Source: Ptychomitrium polyphyllum | Taxonomy: Eukaryota | Reading direction: 5' to 3' | Assembly (NCBI GenBank): GCA_973851085.1 | Contig: OZ316776.1 | Span: 1,922,001 to 1,986,000 of the forward strand | Length of the DNA: 64,000 bases | In this document: one piece after another, positions 53,557 through 64,000 of the stretch | Layout: every line of letters begins with the position of its first letter | Position numbering within the stretch: position 1 is the first letter of the stretch | Position numbers and translations under genes: made by a program | The notes under the pieces: generated by a model | Seen by the model: the letters and a program-made list of their open reading frames with translations, nothing else | Told to the model about the DNA's origin: nothing | Databases searched by the model: none

Positions 53557-56500
53557 TCATCGATTCCCGGGAGGCGTTGTCTCTCCATTCAAACGGCCCG
53601 GCGCGTGCGCGTGCCCGTGCGCATGCGCATGGTTGCTGTGCCCCTGCCCGCCCTCTCCAGACGACATCGCCAGGATGTCCGGGGTGATCTCCCAGCTCCC
53701 GCTCTTCCGCCCCCAGCTCGACCGCCGCGGGTGGGCCACCGCCGGACGACCCTGCTCCACCCCATGCATGTCGAACCCGTCCTTCATCTCCATCCCCAGC
53801 TCACTCCCCGTGCTCACCCGGCCCCCCGCCATCTCCACCTCGCCCCCCTCCCCCACCATCTCCTCCGCATTTGGCCACGTCGCCTTGTACCCCTGTTCCA
53901 CGTCCGGCCCCTTCCCCGCCCCCGATCCCTGCACCTCTCCCATCTCCACCGCCGCCTGCGCCGCCCCCATTTGCCCCGGAATCACCTCCTGTACCCTGCT
54001 CCTGAACCGGTTCTTTGAAGCCGGGATCTTTGTGCAGAATATCTCGTTGAAGTTGCTCGCGCACCCTCGGTTGTAAGGGTTCACCTTGTTGTCGTACCGA
54101 TACCGGAAGTTCTCATACGTCGTCTACACCACAACCACAACCACAACCCACACTCCTCAAGCCGCGCTCCCCCAACGGACCAAACAAATCACAAGCCGCA
54201 CCCACAACCCCCCACAAACAAGCCTAAATGCCATTCAACCGTGTGCCCACTCACGACCTACAATCCACACCCACCGGCGACCCCTCGCCCAACAGAAGCA
54301 CGCACCTGGTTTGTACCAATGAGGTACAGATGGAACACCGTCAGCCCACCCACGAACCACACGCATATGAACGTATACACCATCAGCACGATGGAAGCCG
54401 GAGACCGTGACAGCGCCCGCCACACCGTGCGATGCCCGTCGTCCATCAGGATCTTTATGTACAGTGCGCACATCGCAAACACGTACACGCACAACAACGA
54501 AGTCGACGACACGAACATGAAGAAGAACCGGTAGTTTCTCTGCAAACGCCACCAAACACACCGCCCACCATCAGGAAGACACAAACACAACCACCAATGC
54601 CGACGCCTCCTCCAAACGCACTCAAACCTACCACCTCCACCAATCCTCCCACCCTCCCGTACCACTCATCACTGCCACAACGCAGAAGCTCCCACTGCCC
54701 ACAGCGTCACGACCCCAAAGCACCCACCAGATCCAAGAAATCCCCCGGACACTACAGCACCGCCTGTCCCTACCTGCCCGATGCACTGTCCCACCCAAGG
54801 GCAATGGTGGTCGAATCGCAGCACACAATTGTTGCATATCGAGCAGTGAGAACACCGCGGTGGACGGTACAGCATGCACGTGTCGCAGTACTTCGTCTTC
54901 ACCGACACGCCGTTCACAATCACATCCTTCGTCCGCGGCAGCCGTAGCCGCGGCGTCTGCCCTCCCCAGTCCCCGGGAGACTGGTTCGGATCAAAGTCGT
55001 CCTCCAGCTCCGGCGGGTGCGAGTTGCGAGGGATGATCCCGGGGTCCCTTCCGGACGTCAACAGCAGCAATATCAGCACCTGCCTCCCATCATCACCCAC
55101 ACTCCGGTCAGACCATCGCCCGGAATGCACACCCAACACACACCCAGCAACCGCACCATCCATCACCACTTCCGGCTAGCCCCACAGCCCCAAGGTCCCT
55201 GCCACGACACTCTCTCGACCCAGGAAACTGCACACAGTGCACCTCCTCGACCAGGCCCATGCGCACCAGTTCGTGTCGGACTTACATAGACAGTGTAGAT
55301 GACAGTCACCGCAACGATCGCGATTCCCGCGTGGTTGTCGAAGTGGTTCAGCAAGTGACGACCCACGAACACGCAGAAGCACACTGCCGGCGCCACGATC
55401 AGGAACACCGTCACCGCCAGCGACCGCACGTCCGGACCGAAAATCAACCTCCCGCAGAGAAAGAACCTCTGCACACCAAGCACTTCCACATCGATCAGCC
55501 CATCCTCACCGCGCCCACCTCCGAAACTAGGTCACGCACGCCCCACAATGGGCGTGCCCCCACACATGCACTTCGTCCGCACCACCCAGTTCCCAGACCC
55601 CTAACTGGACCTGCCCGTCACACAGGCAATCCCCTCCGCCATACCATCGTCCCCGCAACGCCTGCCCTCGTCGCTCCATGTGCTTGGCCCTCCCATGCAA
55701 AGGGATCTGCACATTGCCAAACTCGACACGAAACCCCTAACCACATGCGCTCAAACCGTCCCACAACTCAACACTCCACCATCGCCCTCTCCTGCGAGCT
55801 TCCCAAAAACCCGGAAACGGATCTCCGACAGCATCCCCTCCCTCGAAATCCGGGTCGGGACTCGGGATTGCCCGAGCTGCCCCCAACACTCGCTCTAACC
55901 AACGACCGATACCGTGTGCACCTAGCCACCACATGCGACGGTGGACGCCAGCTCCCACCACGCTCCTGCCACCCGCCCAGCTACATGGAAACCTCACAAT
56001 ATACATGAAAGCCCTCATCTTCCACCACCATCCCCGACACACGTTGGATGTGCAATGTGCACACAACAATCTCTGCCCTGCACTCGCCATCCGTCCCCAA
56101 ACGCGAGCCATCCGGGAGACCGTCGCAACCCGGAAACCCACCCCGAAGAGACGAACTCAGCCGCGCACCGCGCATTGCCCGCGAGGGCCACTCCGTCACT
56201 CCCTCTCATTCATTGACCTACCCCTAACGTACCGCCTCATTCATGACTTCATTGCAGTACACCCTGCGATGCTCAGCTCGGCCACAATCGAAAAACCCCT
56301 CCCTCCCGTTTCGCACGGACAATTGCACGCCCACACAACAGATCCCGACTGCCAACCTCACACCTGGGACCTCCGGATTCACAACACCGGACATTCCACC
56401 ACACGCGCAACTCCACCGGCACAGAGACCCCTACTAGGTCACATTCGACCACGCCACGACCGAGTGACGTAGCAGCTCGTCCCGATGACACCGACGACGA

Positions 56501-56706
56501 CGGCGCGACGCTGTTGCACACAGCCCAGGTGTCGAAACCGACCATCGGCGAAGCCCTCCCGAGCACTCGCTCGGAAGAGACACTCTCAAGCTACGACAGC
56601 CAAACAAACACACGGCGAGTGGCAGGCGACTTACATTGCTGCCCTTCCAGACTTGGTACACTCGCTTGCCCATCCCCCGCTGCTTCTGACTAGGGTTGTC
56701 CCCCAT
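53557..56706 (-). CDS. DHHC protein S-acyltransferase (ERF2/ZDHHC9-like plant PAT clade), ~453 aa, 5 exons
   Basis: Exons 56706-56635, 55468-55286, 55079-54774, 54539-54306 and 54123-53557. Motifs [91 protein letters not shown]. Confidence 0.95.
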
Positions 56707-57671
56707 GGCGCCGAACCCACGCAGCGTCCCGCGCCCTCGCGCGCCCAACCACGACGGCCGTGGCTCCTGTCGGTCGCCGTCCCGCCCCGCCCCGCTCCCC
56801 GTGTGCCCCCTGCGCTCCTCTCGCGAGTCCCTGCGTGGTGCCCAGGCTCACCCGCCCTGCGCCATCATCGCCCCCTAACCCCCTAGCCCCCCGCCCGCCC
56901 CTCCCCGTCGGCCCCCGCGCCGTGGCTCTACGTCCGGAGCAGTGGCCTCCTGATCTGAATCCTCGTCGCCCCCGTCGCCATCGCTGGCCCCCGCCCCCGG
57001 AGCCGCACCATACCCCGCAGCAGTTTGTGTAGGCAGCGAGCGCACGAGAGAAAGAAAGAGAGAGGAGGGTAGGGAGGTGGGGGCGAAGGGAGACTATTGG
57101 CAGAACAACGGTAAGAACGAGCCAGGGCAGCAAGTCCTGTGTCCAGGAGCGAGAGAGACGACGATATTGCAGGAGAGCGAAGGCCGACGCGAACCCCAAC
57201 CCCCGCTCCCAGCCAGCCTTGCTCTCCAGTCTCGGCACTCTCCCTCCGCAAAGCGGGCCCCCGCCACTCTGGACATCTTGCACCCCCTCTGTGGCCACCC
57301 TCCCTCACGTCACGGCTGTCAGCGGCACGCCCCACCGCGCACCCGCGCGACTCCCGACGACTCCCCGACGACTCCCGTCCCCTGTCTGCCCCTCCGTTCA
57401 TCCACCCGCCCCCCTTTCCCCGCCTCCGCTTGCCACCGTTTCTTCATCCATTGGTAGGACTTCGCGCCTACCAACCCCACCAATGCCAACCAAGGGCCTT
57501 TCACTCGCTCCGGTTCAAACAAACTAGGATTCCCTACTAGTTGTTACTATTCATGGAATTGATACATTATCAACTAAGGTAATTATATTGAATGCAAGTT
57601 TCTATCAATTATATTGGCATATATACTAATACAATTGTTGTAAGTAGCAACAATTTGTCCTTCTTCACAAA

Positions 57672-57850
57672 CATACCTGTGTCTTCTGGCTATGCATGTA
57701 CAATCATGGCAATGTGTCCCTTTTGTCACTTTGTAGTAGTATGGCATTTTCTTCATAAAACAACCTATTTGTCTTCCTATTACTCGTGCACAACCATGGT
57801 AGCATATTTCTCTCATCACTTTGTAGGAATACAACCATTCCTTCATAGCA
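57672..57850. repeat. Degenerate ~90-bp tandem duplication
   Basis: acct..tgtcttc...tg.acaa.catgg.....tcactttgtag......ttcata occurs twice. Confidence 0.55.
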
Positions 57851-58925
57851 CGTTACCTCTAATCACTTCATGTCCCTCTCATCACAACATTGCATTGGTA
57901 TGTCATCATTGTCATGGATATGCCACTTGTCATACATAACATATTCTCTAATCAAAGAGGATGCCAACAAAAATGAGTAAATTTTAAACACATGGTCAAG
58001 TTACAATAAATCTTTAGGATCAAACGCTCAATGAAAATACGTCTTTGGTCATAATGCTTTGAAAAATGAACAAGATTGACTTTATAAAAGTATTGTAAAT
58101 TTTAAAGCAGATGCTACTAAGGTCTTTTTTACCTATTTAGTGGCATAATTCCTTTCACAAACTCTTGAATTGTGGTGGCCTTTCAAGCTTCACATTATTC
58201 TTCTTGATATTATTTAAGACTAAAAAAGTAAAAATCAAACACTTAGCTTTGTAAGGACAATAATTCATCCAATGCATGGAATTGCAACATTCCACCATTT
58301 CTTTACCTGGGTACATGTGTGGGCAACTAGCAGAGGAAGTGTAAAGCAAACATGCAAGTGATTCATGCGGCCATCAAAGAACTAAAAAGGCCTTAAATTC
58401 ATCTTCTAACATTGTTGCACCATGCATTTTGTTTTTGTTTTTTTTTTAATGCAAATGAAGATGTTATAAGAAAGATGTCGCATTAGAATGGAAAAAAAAA
58501 AACTCCATACTTAGTTTATATTTGTGACTTGCACGCACAAATAAAAAACTTGTTACGTTGGAATGGACATATAATCCAAATAAATGTGAATTCAAATGTT
58601 TCAAAATACAAGTTGTATCTAGCAGTTTACAATGATCAAATACTATTGTTTGAAATTTTAGAATGAATCTAATAAAAACTAAGAGACTTAGCATTAGGTT
58701 GTTGCATCATAAGATCGTGCTTTTATTACCAAAGTAATAGGAAGAACAAGGAATGTAAAATTTTTGACTGAAGGAACATTTGTGGAGTATAATGAGCTAA
58801 GTTTAACTTAGTTATTGGGACTATGAGTAACTTCTGTTGGTATTACAAACAATGTCATTACGATATAAGGCTTAAGGATTCAAGGGTTTTGTGCAAGATA
58901 TAGTGAATATTTATTTGATGTGAAA

Positions 58926-60800
58926 TGTTATAAGAAGGAACAAAGACAAGACATTGACATAAGGTCTAAATTTGACCACAATAGTTGCATTGACGAGATT
59001 GAAGATTTTTTGATCCTTGATTTTTTTATACACTAGAATTTTATATCTTGGAATCTTCTTAGGAAGCTTCTCCTACATTGTTATGTAGTCAAGCAGTCTT
59101 GAGGTTCTACCTTTGGAGGTTTTTTTAAGCCAAGATAACTTCTATGAAAACTTCCTAAGTGAAGGTAACTTCCTTGGAAGCTCTTAAGACAAGGTAACTT
59201 TTTTGGATGCTTCCAAAACCTTCTATGAACTTTTTAAGATGCTTCTTAAATGTATGTCAAAGACATCATCTCCGCTTTTAGCTCCAAGGTTACTTGAAAG
59301 AATGCTGCAACAAGTGTTCAAAGTTGTTCGAAGTTATAAATTTATCACATGGTGTCTGCAACATACTTCAATTGCTCTTCACAATTCGAATGGTTCAAGG
59401 AATCTTTGTAACCAACAATACTGTCCAACGGTTTTTACTTGACACCAAGCATAAACTTCCATATCTTTGTTGTGAAAGTGTCCTTTTTTTACTCCTTCTA
59501 GATAACATTTGTAAGCTTGTTCTACTTCAAAGATTATCAGTAATGATTTATTGCTAGGTATCCTTTGACGTCTTCTTGATCTAATTTGTTCTTAATTATG
59601 AGATCAACAACAAGAGTCACTTGGTTGGATTGACACCACTGGCATGGTATCTGCATCTTGACTATCCATATTTTATATATTGAACTAATCTCAAGGAACT
59701 ATGATAAACTTTAAAATACCGATGACTAATTTCTAAATCATGTCAAGGGCTTTAAAAACTTATGATCTAAAAATTGCTTTCCCTCCTATTTAAATTCCAA
59801 GCATGAAGAGCCTTCAATATTACGCAACCTTATTGAGCCACTATTTCTTGTGCTATGACTTTTTGTTTAGATGGATGTTATCAATGGAACTCACAAATTT
59901 TTATTGATGAATTGGCAAGATTGTTAGCTGGCGTCTATATACGTTTACTAATGTCATATCCGCACCAATGAATCAAGTATTCTAGCTTTCCATGTCTTAT
60001 TCGTGAGTCAAGCACTTTTTCCACTTCAAACTCATGATGATTGTCAATTTTGATTACAAGTAGTGGCAACTACCTTTGTGTAAGGATACTTGATTCTTTA
60101 TAAGTTTTTTAAAGTGAAACATGGAAGACAAGATGTATTTTTATTGATGTTGGTAGTTCTAAACGACACGCTATGTGGTTGATTTGTTTCTTTATTACAA
60201 ATAGTTCCAATCTGCAATAGTCCAGCTTGTAACATAACCTGTTGGTCCTTATATTGCATCGAAGGAGCCACACCTTCTCACCAACTTGGAATGGAAGTTG
60301 TTCCTTGCCTGTTGCATTTGTTGCCGATTTTTATTGTTCTTGAGCTTCTTTTAATTGAATCTTCATGGTTGTTTGAAGCTCTACCATCCTTATGACAAAT
60401 TCCTCTGCTGCTGGATTTTCAAATCATAGAAACTGTAACATATCCAACTTTGAGTGATGTCCATAATTGGAGTAAAAACGCGTTTGTTGGGTAGAAACTA
60501 GAACAATATTGTTGTAGGCAAATTCAACCAATGTCAAATAGGAAGTTTAATCATTTTATTGGTAGTTGATGGTACACCTCAAATATTGCTAAAAGATTTA
60601 ACTGACTTGTTCTATGCCATTAGTTTAAAGATCGAAGGTAAAAAAAAGTTATATGTCCACCTTAAGGAATTTAAAGAGCGATTTTCAAAATCTTGATACA
60701 AATTGTAGTCCATGACTCAATATAATAACGTCAAGGAATCCATAGTAGCAGTAGACATTGTCCATAAAGAGTATCGTGCACCTCTCTTTGAAGAGTGGCA
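58926..60800 (-). mobile_element. Old, heavily decayed Ty3/gypsy chromovirus: integrase, chromodomain, extra-ORF relic, PPT and 3' LTR
   Basis: Minus-strand translation with stops: LFMDNVYCYYGFLDVIILSHGLQFVSRF, LVEFAYNN, FQVGEKVWLL, KLDY, RLELPTSIKIHLVFHVSL, EFEVEKVLDSRIRHGKLEYLIHWCGY. PPT-like aaaagcggagatga followed by TGTC at 59265; LTR approx. 58926-59265 ending TAACA. Confidence 0.85.
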
Positions 60801-61125
60801 GCAACACCAAAAGTACAAGGAGAACACCGGAGTGACGTCCGAGACTTGTGGCGCCAATAATGAGGTAACTCAAGTGGGTCTAGCGTGGAAAGGACCCCGA
60901 GGGAGATAAACATCCTTGTCCATTAAGACTAAAAGCCACATGGAAAAAATTGTAGGCATTAGATGCCTCACAGCGAGTTGATTTTAGAATACTAAGGTTT
61001 GTTCAAATCAGACAAGGGAACTAAAAGATATGGTATCTCAAAATAAGAGCTCCCTAAGAGTTGTTATGGGCTATGGTAGTTCTTGATTGTAATTGTGCTG
61101 AATGAAGACAATGTAGGGAGGGACT

Positions 61126-61646
61126 TGTTAGATACACAAGAAACAAGAACCACAAACGAAGTGCTTTCCAAGAATTAGCTTCCAAAGAGCAAATGATTAA
61201 TAAGAACTTGATACAAAGACTAGAACAAGACAGGATTTAAGATGATCCACAACTTGTGTTGGCAAGACTAAGGAATACCTTGTCTTGCCTCCTATTTATA
61301 CTATGACGTTGTATCTCCTAAGATACTTCTAAAAAAGCTTCCTACAAGGCTTAAGAATGTTCTGGAAGTCTACAAAACCTTTCTAAGAACTCTCCTAAGA
61401 TGTTGGAACCTTTCTAGAAAACTTCCAAGGAATTGGAACCTTCTTAGGAAGTTTCCTAGGAAGTCACCTAAGATGATAGAACCTTCTTAGGAAGTTTTTT
61501 AAGGTGGAGGGACTTTCATAGGAAGCTTCCTAAGAACATGGAAAAGACTATGGAGACATCTAAAAGTATTCTAAGAAGCTATTACAGTATACTAGAAGGT
61601 TCTAGAATGTTCTAAGGACTATATTGTATGATCTATGTCCGTGACA
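61126..61646 (-). repeat. 3' LTR (~521 bp) of the younger chromovirus
   Basis: On the minus strand it starts TGTCA directly after the PPT aaatggggaggtga (61647-61660) and ends TAACA at 61126; rich in ttcttaggaag/ttctagaa repeats. Confidence 0.8.
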
Positions 61647-61658
61647 TCACCTCCCCAT

Positions 61659-62159
61659 TTAGCGACAAGTTCCATGAAGAGCTCTTTTTTTGCTTGCTCA
61701 TCACATTTCTACAAATTCCAAAATTTGTTGAAAGATTGAAGCAATATACTCTGCTTGTTGTTCTTTGTTCACTGGTTCAACTGGTCCTTGCAAGAAGCGC
61801 CGATCGCCACCAGCCAAGACTTATGTTGTTGAAATGTCCCATCCCAAGATCTGATCTCGATTAAGTCCTTCAAAACATCCTCCAAACAAGATTTCAGGTC
61901 CTCCAGGAGTGACTCTTTCAATTTCTAACAAGATGACTAGAGCGCGAGCATCTGAATCAAGACTGGAATGTGAAGGGCGACTAGTCAATACTTCTGCACG
62001 AGGTTGTACTCGACGTTGGAATGTCCTTCCCATATCTTGACTTAGATCCTCCGTTACCGAGGGCTGAGAAAGTTGAGTTGGCTCAACAGATGCTGTTGTT
62101 GATGAAGGCATGGCCGACTGCTCTTCACGCATATCCATGATAACACAAAGATTTGACAT
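61659..62159 (-). pseudogene. Additional ORF between chromodomain and PPT (~166 codons, three in-frame stops)
   Basis: One frame from ATG 62159 (MSNLCVIMDMREEQ) to TAA 61659, interrupted by TAA at 61821 and TGA-TGA at 61698-61703; a homologous relic lies in the older element. Confidence 0.65.
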
Positions 62160-62289
62160 ACTGGATAGGATCTGGAAATGATCTATCTTGGAAATAATGC
62201 TGTATACAATTAGAGGTTTGGATATCTCTCCTCCCTTCTTATACTTCTCTATGAAGGAAAAACTTCTTTGTGGAGCTAACGGCTGCTGA

Positions 62290-64000
62290 TGACACATCAT
62301 CACTGACCTGGTTTCTGAGGATATCTTTGATGAAATTTGCGTACCTTCTCGGATGCATTTGTTACATTTGTTGAAGGTTCTCATGTTTGGTCATTGATGC
62401 CATATCCTTGCCAATGTATAAGGTACTCCACATGTACGTTCTTGATGCGTGAATCTAAGATCTCTTCCATTTCATATTCAATTTCATTATTGATTTCCAA
62501 CAAAGGAGGCGAAGGGACAATTCTCTCTGATATACATGATTTGTTATAGGTTTCCAACAACCATACGTGGAATACTGGATGAATTTGCATGCTCGGTGGT
62601 AGCTTTAGGCAATAACTAACCGGATTTATTTATTTGCTAATTTCAAACGGTCCTAGCCTTTGATAGTCCAACTTCTTTGATGGTCTTTTTGTCTGTATAT
62701 TTCGTCGTAGGAGCCATACGCTATCTCCAACCTTGAATTTTGGATGGTCCTTTCGATGGCGATCTGCATAAATTTTGTAACGATCTTCAGCTTGTTGTAA
62801 CTGGAAAGTAATTTCTTGATGGATTTTAGCAAGTTGAATTGCAAAATCCTCTGCTGCGGGACTTCCAACATGCTTCACTTGAAATGGATCTGTTCGAGGA
62901 TGATGGCCATAGTTTGCAAAGAATGGACTTTGAGTTGTTGAAGAATGCACCGTATTATTGTAAGCAAATTCTGCCAAAGGCAAGAGGTCCATCTAGTTGT
63001 CTTGTTGGTAGTTTATGCTACAACAAAGGTACTATTCCAAAATTTGATTTACACGTTCGGTTTGGCCATCAATTTGCGGATGGTGTGCTGAAGAAAAATT
63101 GATCTTTACACGCAACAGCTGGAATAGAGCCCTCCAAAAGTTGGAAATGAACTGCGGCCCTCGATCGGATACAATATCATCTGGTAGTCCACGTATGCGG
63201 TAGACGTGATTTAAGAACAACTTGGCAGTTTCTTCTCCCGTTATCGTCTTGTTGCATGGAATGAAATGTGCCATTTTGGTAAATCGATCTACCACTACCA
63301 AAATAGAATCCTTAGATTTGGAATTTGGAAGGTCCGTGATAAAATCCATTGATAAAGACAACCATGGGCCCTTTGGCACTAGAAGCGGATGGAGGAGACC
63401 ATGAGGTTGGTGTCTTGGTACCTTGGCTCTTGCACAAGTGTCGCATGATTGAACAAAGTCCTTTACGTACTTCCACATTTGTAGCCACCAATAGTCTCTA
63501 GCAATCAACTCCATTGTTTTATTGAATCCAAAATGTCATGCTGTTGGAAAATCATGACGTGCTTGAAGGATCTTCAACCGCAAAGAGCCTGGAGGTAGGT
63601 ACAAAAGTTCTTTATAATAAAGTACGTATTTTTGGAATTCAAAATCCTCATCGCTATTTGAAGGATTTCCATTGTCTTTGAGGCGCTTTTATATATTTGG
63701 AAAAAAGACGTCATTCTTTAAAGCCTTCCGAATTTTATCAAAATGGAATGTTGTCGTAATAATGGCTGCTTTCAATTGAAGATTCTCAGGCTTCAATAAA
63801 ATAGTCTTTTGTTGATTCAAAACATCATCTCCAAATTGAGGAGCTAAATAAGATCTTTGAGATAAGGCATCTGGCTTACCTTACAACCTACCAGATCGAT
63901 AGGTAATGACAAAGTCAAATTTGGAAACGACATACTCCACCTTGCTTGACAGCGATTCAAAATACGAGCGCTCATGAAATACTCCAAGTTTTTGTGGTCT
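62290..64000 (-). pseudogene. pol: Disrupted pol (RNase H - integrase - chromodomain)
   Basis: ORF pieces 63032-63514, 62630-62992 and 62381-62590 are collinear and broken by premature stops at otherwise conserved Gln/Trp positions. Confidence 0.9.

Larger units (their letters stand above)
61126..64000 (-). mobile_element. Younger Ty3/gypsy chromovirus (Tcn1-like), 3' half; continues past the right edge
   Basis: RNase H end (DHKNLEYF, GKPDALSQR), integrase zinc finger and core (YWWLQM..CDTC, SMDFITDLP, IVSDRGPQF, HPQIDGQTERVN), LGPF module, chromodomain (EYEMEEILDSRI..EYLIHWQGY), PPT and LTR. Confidence 0.95.

Noticed and set aside
22642..56706. Functional gene cluster of hydrolases, oxidase and acyltransferase
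   Set aside because: Unrelated housekeeping families in different compartments; no shared pathway.
56928..57011. uORF MVRLRGRGPAMATGATRIQIRRPLLRT upstream of the PAT gene
   Set aside because: Falls inside a probable 5'UTR intron (donor at ~57013).
53042..57540. Many long overlapping ORFs
   Set aside because: By-products of high GC; the DHHC gene explains the region.

Overview
Eukaryotic, intron-rich land-plant DNA, most consistent with a moss (inferred from gene style, GC-rich first introns and Tcn1-like chromoviruses; not proven). Eight protein-coding genes can be read: a SERAC1-like alpha/beta hydrolase (-, runs off the left edge), a peroxisomal copper amine oxidase ending in SKL (+), a secreted two-domain hevein-like protein (+), RNA polymerase subunit RPB11 (-), an unassigned ~799-aa protein with a SAP-like N-terminus (+), an EMB8/ABHD-type hydrolase (-), an isoaspartyl peptidase/L-asparaginase (-) and a DHHC S-acyltransferase (-). 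Two AT-rich gene-free tracts lie at ~6.5-22 kb (Helitron-like 3' end) and ~36.2-39.6 kb. The right end holds two decayed Ty3/gypsy chromoviruses of different age. The best lead is an extra ORF between chromodomain and PPT that is recognisably homologous at protein level in both elements. A symmetric pre-miRNA-like foldback lies at ~33.1 kb. Exon boundaries were read by eye from GT-AG sites and remembered family motifs; no database search was run, so all novelty claims are unverified.
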